From a virus (Duplodnaviria; Caudoviricetes): a DNA stretch of 64,000 bases. Every line of letters starts with the position of its first letter. Position 1 is the first letter of the stretch. Under the pieces are notes generated by a model. That model did not search any database and was not told the DNA's origin. It was given only the letters and a program-made list of their open reading frames with translations. The stretch is from IMG/VR virus record IMGVR_UViG_3300030390_001134, positions 167 through 64,166 of that record; one strand, given 5' to 3'. The position numbers were made by a program, and so were the translations under genes. Of the stretch, positions 37,801 through 46,283 are shown piece after piece.

Positions 37801-40800
37801 TGTATGGGTTAGAGGTTAACGACACTATGAGCCCTGCGGAAATAGAAGCTTACTTATTAAAGAAAGGGTATTCTGAAAAGGATGCAAAGGATGGTAGAAA
37901 ATCGGATGGGTTTATTGTTGGAGATGATATAATAATAAACAGAGAGGTTGCAATGGCTAAGAACGCCGTCACTGTCGGTAGCCACGAGTTATTGCATGGT
38001 ATACTTAGAAAAGCAATGGGCGATAAAGCTCTTTCAACTCAAGTTATATCGCAGCTAAAAAAATCTATTGGTAGCCAATGGTCTGTAGTTCAACAGAGAA
38101 TAGACGAGAACTACACTCCTGAGTACATGGCTTTAAATCCAGACGAGTACTTAACTCTTGTCTCGGATGCTATAGCTAAAGGAGAGATTACTTATCAAGA
38201 GACTGTATTTGACAAGCTAAGAGATTCTCTTAACGAGATACCTATATTTAAAAAGTACTTCCCTAATATTAAATTCAAAACAGGTAGAGACGTATACCGT
38301 TTCTTAAGAGAGTATAATAAAAGCATACACAAAGGCGCACTAGCGACTGACATTGTAAAAGCAACGCAGACCGATGAGGATGTTGAAAGAACCGAAGACC
38401 AAGTTAAAAAAGATGGTATAAAGAAATCTCTAACTTCAGACCAGAAGAAAGCCGCTGCTAAAAATGTTAAAGAACTAGGAGCTAAAGAAACAAATAAGTC
38501 TTGGAGAAGAGGTGGTGCAGATGCTGCTATAAAAGATATAAAAGACAACGGTTACTTTGACGCTCTTATAGCTTCTAAGTATAAAGTTAAACCTGTACCT
38601 AGAGATTTTGTTGAAAAGGTTTACTCTGAGATAACGCCACATATTAAGAGGTTTAAGCCAGAGCAGAACGACAACCTATTTGCTTACATAAATAGTCAGA
38701 TAGGAAACAAAGCTGGTAACGTATATAACAAGGAGTATAAGGTTGATGAGGCTATGCGTGGATCGAAAGACATCGACGCTAAGACTTCTGAGGGCGCTCC
38801 GGTAATTCAAGTGGCAGCGGAGACTGACACTGATGTAACGTCATTTGAAGAGCAAGACATGTCTATGCAAGCTCAAGCTAAAAGAACAAAATTAGCTGAG
38901 CAAGGTAAGTCTGAATCAGATAGGTACTCTGGTCTTAGAACTGAACTAGGTTTAGAAAAACCTATGATGGATAAAGTACGTCAGGCTGTCATGAAGACAT
39001 TCGGTACAAAGTTACCTGATGTAAACTCTAAGAAGTTTAAAGCCGCATTACAGAAAGCTTATAGAACTGAGCTAAAGAAACCTATCCAAGATATGATAGG
39101 TAAAGGCGCTACGTACGAAACTTTCTTAGCGGAAAACTTTCCTACTGTATTTAAGTTTCTGCCAAAAGAAACGTTACTTCAGATGGAGCGTAACGTAGCT
39201 CCTGAGAATAGAATATTTACTAAGTCAGAGAGAATAACTAAACCCACAGAAGTTGACAAGTTGATTAGTGACGGTTTACTACCTAAAGAAACTAATAGAC
39301 TATCTGGCCCAACTCTAATCACCAAACTACCTTACCCTGGTTCTAAAAAAGTTATGGCTTATTTTAGAGGCCAGAACATGGATAACGCTCTTGGGTATAA
39401 GGTAGGTGCATCTACGCTTGGCACTAGGAAAGATAAGCTAGCTATGGAAATGGGTGTCGAACTTGGGTTTGATGCGACTATGGAGACCGTGCAACAGCCT
39501 GAGGTAGCTGAACGAAGAGAGAGCATATTAGAATTAACGGGTCAAGTACAAGCTGAAAACGACGTATCGGTTATGGCTAAGCAAATCGATAGGGACCCAA
39601 ACATTAAGTTTAGTAATACCAGTAACAAGTCCCCAAGCGATATATTCGCGGATCAAACTATGTCTTTAGTTAAAGACGTTGTTAACAATGGGTTTGAGAC
39701 AGTTTTTACTGAAGATGGTAAACTTGTTGAGGGTTATCCCGGTGACTTTAGTAAAAAAGCTGTTGACTTTGCTTACAACTTGTGGGATGACGGAACGTTG
39801 CATGACGGTAAGAGTATAGGTTTTAAGGCTAAAGTTGCTTTAAGTGAAAGTTTTTCTAACGAAATCAAAGAAACTTACAAGAGCGATGGTAACCTAAGAA
39901 ACAACGAAGCTGCGTTAGATAGATTATACGAAGCTGTTTCTGTGCTAACAACAAAGCTAGGACCAGAAGTTATGGACGCTATAGGTTTTGAAATCGCTGG
40001 TTTCAAAAACAGGGTCATGGACTCTCCTAAGCTTAAAAGAGACGGAACTCCTGGACGGTTTTACGAGCGCCTTCAAAAGCTATCTAAAAGAGTCAGGGAA
40101 AGTGTAGGTGCTTCACTTCCTTTTGGATTAGATTTAAAAGGCGTTTCTATAATGAACAAAAACGCTGGAGCAAAAAGCATATTTGGTAAGGTACAGAAAA
40201 TACTAAACGAAGATATAACGCGAGATGCTAAGCTTGTAAAGCTTGCTGAGTTACAACCTGAGATAGATGCCGCAAACGAAGCTAATATAAAGTTAGCTAA
40301 ACATATATCAACTGTTTTAATTAATGGTGTTAGAGATGGCTCTATTGATCAGGTTTCAGCGCTACACTTATTGCAAGCACAAACAGGTATTGTTAACGGG
40401 TTTAGAGGTTTATCTAGGTTAGATTTAATAACAGTTTTAGATGGGTCTCAAAAACCTGGAGAAACACACCCGCACTATAAGAGGATATATAGAGAGCTGT
40501 CTAAAACAATGCCTAAAGACCAAGCTAAGATAGAGGCTATTAAACGTACTGGAACAAAAGGCGAGCACTTAGCCCCAAACTCTAACACCATGTTTGAGAT
40601 AGCTGAGTTATTCAACAGCAGCGAAACAGCTACTGAACTAGAAAACAAGCTTACTAATATATTTAGAGGTCACTCTCAAATGCACACTACCATAGACCTA
40701 ACAAAGGTTATGGACAAAAAGGGAGGTGAGACTAACGATACAGACTTTAACAGAGTTAAATTCTTAGACCAAGTAGATATTAACTCAACTGTTAGGGCGG

Positions 40801-43800
40801 ATGGAAAGAGCTTCATAGAGGTTCTTGCTGAAGTTGAAATAGCTAAAGAGGTTTCAAAGATGAACCTAGCTATAGATCAAAGAAACGAGAGCACTAAGCT
40901 TATGGACCAAGCTATTAAAGCATCTCGCTCTAGCACTAAGCCTAAAGGTATAACAGTGTTAGACTTTGATGACACGTTGGCTACAACTAAGTCTAATGTT
41001 ATAGTCACACCTCCAGACCCCGCAACTATCCCTGGTAAACGCCGCACAAAGAAAAGCAAAATCTCCGATGAGTATGCGGTGACTCCGGGCAAGGATAAGT
41101 TTTATAAGAGTGATTCTTATTTAGACCCAGCTCCTGTAGATCCTGCCCCAGCACCTGGTTCAAGAGAACTAAAGGATATAATAGGCAAGGACCTATCAGT
41201 AGGTGGGACTTTTTATGCCGCTAAACCTTTTAAACTGAGTGCTGAAGAGTTTGCTAAGCACGGTAGCGAGTTGCTAGCGCAAGGGTATAAGTTTGATTTT
41301 TCTGAATTCAACAAGGTTGTTGACGGCAAGACGGCGCCATTATTTAACAAAGCTATGAAGCTTTCTGGAAAGTTCGGAACAGAGAACATGTTTATCCTTA
41401 CAGCTAGAGCGCCTCAATCAGCAAAAGCTATTAAACAGTTTTTAGATGCGCAAGGTTTAAAGATACCTCTTAAAAATATTACAGGTCTAGGTAAGTCAGA
41501 AGCTTCGGCTAAAGCTAACTGGATAGCGGAGAAAGTGGGTGAGGGTTACAATGACTTTTACTTTGCTGACGACGCTATGCAAAACGTCAAGGCGGTTAAG
41601 GATATGCTTGATCAGTTTGATGTAAAAGGTAAAGTTCAACAAGCGAGATTAAAGTTTAGTAATTCTGGCCCTAAGAAGATGTCTGATATAATAGACGAAA
41701 GTCAATTAGACCTTAATAAGATACTAGAGGAAACTAAAGGTGTAGGTAAAGACAAAAGATTCTCAGCTGCAAAAGCTAGGCAGCGTGGTAAGAACAAAGG
41801 TAAGTTTAAGTTCTTTGTTCCACCTTCAGCAGATGACTTTGCTGGGTTGATGTATTCGTTTATGGGTAGAGGTAAGCAAGGTAATAAGCACCACGCGTGG
41901 TTTAAGGAAAACCTATTCGACCCGTTCTCAAAAGGCATGAGACGCCACAAGATGGTTCAGCAGCAGGTGGCCAATGATATGAAAAACCTTAGAAAGGCTA
42001 TGCCTGACGTAAGGAAGAAGCTAGGTAAAAAAGTACCTGGCACAGAGTACACACACGAGGATGCTATAAGAATATACAACTGGAGCCAAGCGGGTCTTGA
42101 TATACCTGGGTTATCTCAAGCTGACGCTACAGCTTTGATAAACGCGATTGAGTCTGATCCTAAGCTTCAAGCATTTGCACAAGGTGTTAATTCTATAAGT
42201 GAAACTCCGGGTGGCATGGTAGAACCTGGTCCTCACTGGACAGGAGGTAATATAGCTTTAGATTTAAAAGAAGCGTTAGACAACGCTAGGGGTAATAACC
42301 TTAGGCAATGGGTGGAGAATAAAAATATTATATTCTCTGAAGCTAACATGAATAAGATAGAAGCTTTGTATGGCTCTAACTTTAGAGAAGCGTTAGAAGA
42401 CAGTCTATACCGTATGGAAACTGGTAGCACGCAGAACGTGGGTAAAGATAGGTTGTTAAATAACTTTACAGCTTGGATACACGGTTCTATAGGTACTACT
42501 ATGTTCTTGAATGCTAGGTCAGCCATGTTGCAGATGATCTCTAATGTTAACTTTGTTAACTGGAGTGATAACAATATGCTTAAAGCTGCTGGTGCATTTG
42601 CTAATCAAAAGCAGTATTGGAAAGACGTGTCTATGATATTCAACTCTCCTTTCTTAAAGCAAAGAAGATCTGGTATTCAGACAGATGTTAACGCAGCTGA
42701 GCTTCTAGCTCAAATCAAGGATTCTAAAAACAAAATGAAAGCAGCTGTAGCTTACTTGCTACAACTTGGTTTTACCCCTACACAGATTGCGGATAGTTTA
42801 GCCATCGCAACAGGTGGCGCTACGTTTTACAGGAACAGAATTAAGACATACCTAAAAGATGGTATGTCCCAGGTTGATGCTGAAACAAAAGCCTTTGAGG
42901 ATATGATGGAGATAGCGGAGGAAACTCAGCAATCCACTAGAGCAGATAAAATATCTCAGCAGCAAGCTTCTCCTATTGGTAAGTTTATACTAGCTTTCCA
43001 GAATACACCTATGCAGTATAACAGGTTGATTAAAAAAGCGGCGCAAGATCTAGTCAATGGTAGGGGTGACGTAAAAGCTAACGTATCTAGGATTGTTTAC
43101 TACGGTGGTATTCAAAACTTAATATTCTATGGGTTGCAAACCGCGTTGTTTGCAGCTTTATTCAGCGATGACGAAGAGGACGAAATAACGGCTAAAAAAA
43201 CAGAAAGAGTCATGAACGGCATGGTTGATACCTTGCTACGTGGCTCAGGCATCGCTGGCGCCGCTGTGTCAACTGTTAAAAATGTTATTCTAAAGTTCAT
43301 GAAGGAGAGCGAAAAGATGAATGACGATAAGTACTATACGGATCCTGACTGGGGCAATGTAGTTATAGAGGGTCTTAATATATCTCCGCCTATAGGTATT
43401 AAGGCTAGAAAAATTTATAGCGGCCTTAAAACATGGGAGTACAATAAAGATGTCATAGATCACATGAGTAAGACAGATCTAGATAATCCTATATACGATG
43501 CTATTTCTAGTGTAACAGAGGCAGCAACTAACGTGCCTTTAAGTAGAGCTTACAGTAAGTATCAAAACATATCAGAGGCACTGAACGCAGAGCATGAGGC
43601 GTGGAAAAGAATAGCTATGCTATTGGGTTGGAACAAATGGAGTTTTGGAATTAAAAACCAAGATGTAGTTACAGCTAAAAGCGAGGTTAAAGAAATAAAA
43701 GCTGAAGAGGCTGAGGAGAGAAAGGAGATGAAGAAGCTTGCCAAAGAAGTTGAAAAGCAAGCTGAAAACGAGGTTATTGAAGAAGACAACTTGTTAGATC

Positions 43801-44033
43801 AGCGAGAAGAAAGAGAGCAAAGTCAAGAAGATATAAAATGTGCGGCGGTTACCAGCTCAGGAAAGCGCTGTGGTAAGAAAGTTAAAGGTGACGGAAACTA
43901 CTGTACTATACACGAAACCGTTGAGGCAAGAAAGGATGGTAAAAAAATACAGTGCGCTCACATTAAGCCAGATGGTAAAAGGTGTAAAATGAAAACAACA
44001 AATAAATCAGGTAAATGCTACTATCACGATTAA
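34824..44033 (+). CDS. giant internal virion (polyvalent) protein: zincin, sigma-region-2-like, HAD phosphatase, C-terminal CCCH fingers
   Basis: HELLH at ~aa 1054; VLDFDDTL/ILTAR/FADD HAD motifs from ~aa 2047; FQNTPMQY helical C-terminal domain; two terminal CCCH repeats. Confidence 0.75.
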   Translation: MNGQQQGYPEELQIVVDKMKANREPQFNIDIMVQSYYASKQDAGSGPEPTPVAGQQEVEENVGIPKESSIDQEWWDNAGLDRSSYFDEQGNMLPPPSVLTTVDPGWDQIRLEEENAIKAQAALESAESYDSTDISEGEGDSEYSTQSIVEDSVATEEQRKENIEKASADYQEFIDASFAYNSITDEDKAREADLVSKWEKDGLAMVMGEIPTINYFGLGSGNMLTVDNYVAYKRRRARNPESMDFDPTLPSYIEVKHNEYESNPTFRDAKINIAKSEYAKKAGLSESETKKLLKANIDPANAESMEPFSTFDEDGNVVSFENEYKNIDPNQSGRILSDGSKLGDKLRKGVEDKLTAQNDAESQRANVKKFVEALPSYSKTSATGAVVKAATGLDLGLFLKSDAQKLIEKRAKEDFKLLESNVQKIASEADVVGSQIKNNGALLTKAHEDLKALGDVRAKINELKNGEYTTEAQVKNANQKISALVNDYTAKFNAFDKYRKANSTLNNAAARIGAEIKDLDVKVKDLGAFTEFIGDNHQIGTQMAWSAANAAIDLGQGFMDFAYMANPFGALSDELIDWAGEDSLAASIVEGVRIAAAPMTGGLSLYSGDRRDDMRDAIDNFQENVSSKIEQPPAFSSIKDVGSFAEWAAVTGIAQAPQLALMYASGGTSGLLLMGAGAAGTKYNEMEENRETYRESGGLYGIDHSFASMLAVSTFTGAVEALSEKVTLGQLNAAGRTLKNEVFKASGRRGIAKYLRNDVFTKDSFRSTLRGGKDLFEEGGSEFLATVGGNALTIASGDKSVGLWDGGLESFVTGAMISSTIKTPSLFRSAVAPFQSKTTSEILNNNLDIIERNRAVASGETGASADAVQFAQDIIAEAVHENKLALELDIKRVDAYEDADKSRLINIESDNIDLRRKATAIVQDETLDESQKKEMINDLQTKLDNNIAEKQAIIEKYPEDVVNKKYSETSLGRQPASQTFEENIEFAKKHSALYGLEVNDTMSPAEIEAYLLKKGYSEKDAKDGRKSDGFIVGDDIIINREVAMAKNAVTVGSHELLHGILRKAMGDKALSTQVISQLKKSIGSQWSVVQQRIDENYTPEYMALNPDEYLTLVSDAIAKGEITYQETVFDKLRDSLNEIPIFKKYFPNIKFKTGRDVYRFLREYNKSIHKGALATDIVKATQTDEDVERTEDQVKKDGIKKSLTSDQKKAAAKNVKELGAKETNKSWRRGGADAAIKDIKDNGYFDALIASKYKVKPVPRDFVEKVYSEITPHIKRFKPEQNDNLFAYINSQIGNKAGNVYNKEYKVDEAMRGSKDIDAKTSEGAPVIQVAAETDTDVTSFEEQDMSMQAQAKRTKLAEQGKSESDRYSGLRTELGLEKPMMDKVRQAVMKTFGTKLPDVNSKKFKAALQKAYRTELKKPIQDMIGKGATYETFLAENFPTVFKFLPKETLLQMERNVAPENRIFTKSERITKPTEVDKLISDGLLPKETNRLSGPTLITKLPYPGSKKVMAYFRGQNMDNALGYKVGASTLGTRKDKLAMEMGVELGFDATMETVQQPEVAERRESILELTGQVQAENDVSVMAKQIDRDPNIKFSNTSNKSPSDIFADQTMSLVKDVVNNGFETVFTEDGKLVEGYPGDFSKKAVDFAYNLWDDGTLHDGKSIGFKAKVALSESFSNEIKETYKSDGNLRNNEAALDRLYEAVSVLTTKLGPEVMDAIGFEIAGFKNRVMDSPKLKRDGTPGRFYERLQKLSKRVRESVGASLPFGLDLKGVSIMNKNAGAKSIFGKVQKILNEDITRDAKLVKLAELQPEIDAANEANIKLAKHISTVLINGVRDGSIDQVSALHLLQAQTGIVNGFRGLSRLDLITVLDGSQKPGETHPHYKRIYRELSKTMPKDQAKIEAIKRTGTKGEHLAPNSNTMFEIAELFNSSETATELENKLTNIFRGHSQMHTTIDLTKVMDKKGGETNDTDFNRVKFLDQVDINSTVRADGKSFIEVLAEVEIAKEVSKMNLAIDQRNESTKLMDQAIKASRSSTKPKGITVLDFDDTLATTKSNVIVTPPDPATIPGKRRTKKSKISDEYAVTPGKDKFYKSDSYLDPAPVDPAPAPGSRELKDIIGKDLSVGGTFYAAKPFKLSAEEFAKHGSELLAQGYKFDFSEFNKVVDGKTAPLFNKAMKLSGKFGTENMFILTARAPQSAKAIKQFLDAQGLKIPLKNITGLGKSEASAKANWIAEKVGEGYNDFYFADDAMQNVKAVKDMLDQFDVKGKVQQARLKFSNSGPKKMSDIIDESQLDLNKILEETKGVGKDKRFSAAKARQRGKNKGKFKFFVPPSADDFAGLMYSFMGRGKQGNKHHAWFKENLFDPFSKGMRRHKMVQQQVANDMKNLRKAMPDVRKKLGKKVPGTEYTHEDAIRIYNWSQAGLDIPGLSQADATALINAIESDPKLQAFAQGVNSISETPGGMVEPGPHWTGGNIALDLKEALDNARGNNLRQWVENKNIIFSEANMNKIEALYGSNFREALEDSLYRMETGSTQNVGKDRLLNNFTAWIHGSIGTTMFLNARSAMLQMISNVNFVNWSDNNMLKAAGAFANQKQYWKDVSMIFNSPFLKQRRSGIQTDVNAAELLAQIKDSKNKMKAAVAYLLQLGFTPTQIADSLAIATGGATFYRNRIKTYLKDGMSQVDAETKAFEDMMEIAEETQQSTRADKISQQQASPIGKFILAFQNTPMQYNRLIKKAAQDLVNGRGDVKANVSRIVYYGGIQNLIFYGLQTALFAALFSDDEEDEITAKKTERVMNGMVDTLLRGSGIAGAAVSTVKNVILKFMKESEKMNDDKYYTDPDWGNVVIEGLNISPPIGIKARKIYSGLKTWEYNKDVIDHMSKTDLDNPIYDAISSVTEAATNVPLSRAYSKYQNISEALNAEHEAWKRIAMLLGWNKWSFGIKNQDVVTAKSEVKEIKAEEAEERKEMKKLAKEVEKQAENEVIEEDNLLDQREEREQSQEDIKCAAVTSSGKRCGKKVKGDGNYCTIHETVEARKDGKKIQCAHIKPDGKRCKMKTTNKSGKCYYHD

Positions 44034-45058
44034 CATTAATAACAGCAATGATGCTGTCCTGTTTAATATGCTCAGGACAAGGTTTAAAAAAAGCGTTTAA
44101 GTTCTCTACGTTTTACACTGCTGTTAACGGAGGCAACTCTGTTGCTGATCAAACAGTGTGGTCTGTGGGTAATGGTTTAAACTTTACTAACATAGAAACT
44201 CCTTACGACTACAGTCTTACAATGGGTGTTCGTAAAATAGCTAGGTTTGGATACGAGAACAGAGCACAAACCTTCTATGATGGAAGTGAAACATCATGGG
44301 CAGACGGAGCTAATGTAGGTAAACGTAATGGCTTAGAGTTTTTAGCTGAGGTTAAATACAAAAGACAAATGGGTCAAGAGTTTCTTGATCAAAACCATTT
44401 CCTAAGATATGTAGGGGATAAGTACATTGTTAAAGGAGAATATCTACAAGATGGCTTTGCAGATATATCTTACTTTGAGATCTCACAGAGATACAGGCAG
44501 AAGATAGGTGAGAAGTTTTCTTTTAATATAGGTATAGCTCAAAGAGCTTCTGAGCCGTATGGTTACAACCCGCTAGCTGAGTGGTCATTGAATAACAATG
44601 ATATACACTACACATACTTAGCTTTACAAGAGGGTTACACAGTGGACGTACCTAACAACGAATACTTTTCTCCTGATGGAGAAAGCGTAGCTACAAGTAC
44701 AGAGGTGTGGGAGGCGGTTGTTATACCTGAGGTTATATCTGACTATGTAGACAGGAAAAGATCAGGGCTAGACAAACTGATACAACACTCTGTCATAGCT
44801 GGGTTTGACTACTACCACTACACAGATGACTTTTGGTTGCACGCTTGGGGTAACGTTATGCCCTACCATTTAGACAGCGGAAATGAATTTATGTATCACA
44901 ACTCTGTAGGTGGGCAATGGCTTGATTATTCAGGTGGGGCAATAGTTGGGTACAGGTATAATAAACATTTAGGATTATTCTTAGAAGGTAAATATAACAA
45001 GTACTGGAATAGAGAGTGGTACAACTTTAAGTGTGGTGTAAATTATGTAATCTTTTAA
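44015..45058 (+). CDS. outer-membrane beta-barrel protein
   Basis: Signal peptide ending ..CSG|Q, alternating aromatic/hydrophobic strands, C-terminal GVNYVIF (BAM-type terminal Phe). Confidence 0.65.
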   Translation: MLLSRLTLITAMMLSCLICSGQGLKKAFKFSTFYTAVNGGNSVADQTVWSVGNGLNFTNIETPYDYSLTMGVRKIARFGYENRAQTFYDGSETSWADGANVGKRNGLEFLAEVKYKRQMGQEFLDQNHFLRYVGDKYIVKGEYLQDGFADISYFEISQRYRQKIGEKFSFNIGIAQRASEPYGYNPLAEWSLNNNDIHYTYLALQEGYTVDVPNNEYFSPDGESVATSTEVWEAVVIPEVISDYVDRKRSGLDKLIQHSVIAGFDYYHYTDDFWLHAWGNVMPYHLDSGNEFMYHNSVGGQWLDYSGGAIVGYRYNKHLGLFLEGKYNKYWNREWYNFKCGVNYVIF

Positions 45059-45061
45059 GAT

Positions 45062-45343
45062 ATGGCTAAAGATGGATACGAAGGACCTCTAAAAATTACA
45101 GAGGAAGCTTACGCAAGGCGTAACAGAAAAATGAGAAAGGATAATCCTGGTATGGCTAGCAGAAAAACTAGTGGTACTCATCCTGATAGAGTTAAGTTTG
45201 CCTGTAGGTTTGGAGCTCAAAACCACCCTATGAAAACCGCTAAAGGAGAGCCGACTCCTTACGCTATGGCATTAAAAAAATGGGGTTTTGGTAGCGCGCA
45301 AGCTGCTAAAAACTTTTGCAAAAAACATAAAAAGAAAAAGTAA
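45062..45343 (+). CDS. small basic phage protein
   Basis: RVKFACRF...ALKKWG; K/R-rich. Confidence 0.7.
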   Translation: MAKDGYEGPLKITEEAYARRNRKMRKDNPGMASRKTSGTHPDRVKFACRFGAQNHPMKTAKGEPTPYAMALKKWGFGSAQAAKNFCKKHKKKK

Positions 45344-45609
45344 TGGCTTTTAAAATGAAAGGTATTCCACACTTTACTAAAAATAAAGAGGAGTGGAAAG
45401 GAGCAACGCATAAAATGGATGACGGATCGTTGCACACGGGAAAGACTCATAACAAGGACAGTAAAAAGCTCTTTCACAAAGGTGATTCCGCTTTAAGAAA
45501 ACGAGGTCTATGGGACAACATACATGCTAAAAGAAAACGCGGTGGTAAAATGCGTAAAAAAGGAGATCCAGGAGCTCCAACAGAAAAAGCAATAAGAGAC
45601 TCTCAATAA
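45343..45609 (+). CDS. basic MAFK-tagged protein
   Basis: MAFKMKG; HKMDDGSLHTGKTH; GLWDNIHAKRKRG..MRKKGDPGAPT. Confidence 0.7.
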   Translation: MAFKMKGIPHFTKNKEEWKGATHKMDDGSLHTGKTHNKDSKKLFHKGDSALRKRGLWDNIHAKRKRGGKMRKKGDPGAPTEKAIRDSQ

Positions 45610-45616
45610 ATAAAAC

Positions 45617-45901
45617 ATGGCAAAGCAAATAAGTGAGGACACTAAGGTAACATTAGACCTCAAGACGATTGGAATAGCGGGTGCAGGGTTAGCTGCTTTA
45701 ATAGGGATGTGGTTTGCATTACAAGCTGATATAGCTCTGGCTAAAGAATTACCTGAGCCTACACCACCAGAAATTTCACGTATGGAATTTGATATGAAGG
45801 ATAAGCTAGTGCGCCAAACTATTATGACAACTCAAGAAGACGTTAAGGAATTGAAAGATGACTTAGATCGCATTGAAGAGAAAATAGACAAACTAAAATA
45901 A
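45617..45901 (+). CDS. single-pass membrane protein with C-terminal coiled coil
   Basis: TM IGIAGAGLAALIGMWFAL; KELKDDLDRIEEKIDKLK. Confidence 0.7.
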   Translation: MAKQISEDTKVTLDLKTIGIAGAGLAALIGMWFALQADIALAKELPEPTPPEISRMEFDMKDKLVRQTIMTTQEDVKELKDDLDRIEEKIDKLK

Positions 45902-45907
45902 AATATT

Positions 45908-46282
45908 ATGAGACTTAAAATAGGCTTCAAGACGGCTTTGCAGGTGTATCTTATATTGTTTTTAGCTGCGATGTTCTTTGCTAGCAGTGCTAAAGCACAG
46001 AACCCTTGCAACAGTGATATATGTGTAGTACAGTTTAACGCTAGTTGGAACGGATCTAATAGTGTAGAATACCTAGATAAATTGACTGAGTGTAACGTAA
46101 TGAACGTTAGTATCGACGAAGGCACGTGGCAGAAAGACTTTGGTATTGTTGTTGTACCTACTATTATAGTTTTTAACGGCAAGGAAGTCGAAAGGTTTCA
46201 AGCTAACATCATGATGCAGATGGAGGCTACAAAGAAAGATATACAAGGCGTTATAGACGAAATTATATATAGCGATTTTTAA
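45908..46282 (+). CDS. exported thioredoxin-fold protein lacking CxxC
   Basis: Signal peptide ..SAKA|Q; VVQFNASWNGSN in place of WCxxC; cis-Pro motif VVPTIIVFNGKEVERF. Confidence 0.7.
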   Translation: MRLKIGFKTALQVYLILFLAAMFFASSAKAQNPCNSDICVVQFNASWNGSNSVEYLDKLTECNVMNVSIDEGTWQKDFGIVVVPTIIVFNGKEVERFQANIMMQMEATKKDIQGVIDEIIYSDF

Positions 46283-46283
46283 C

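Noticed and set aside
34824-44033. Virion RNA polymerase as in crAss-like or N4 phages
   Set aside because: No DxDxD (DFDID/DFDGD) catalytic loop was recognised; DFDDT sits in a HAD motif I context with matching downstream HAD motifs
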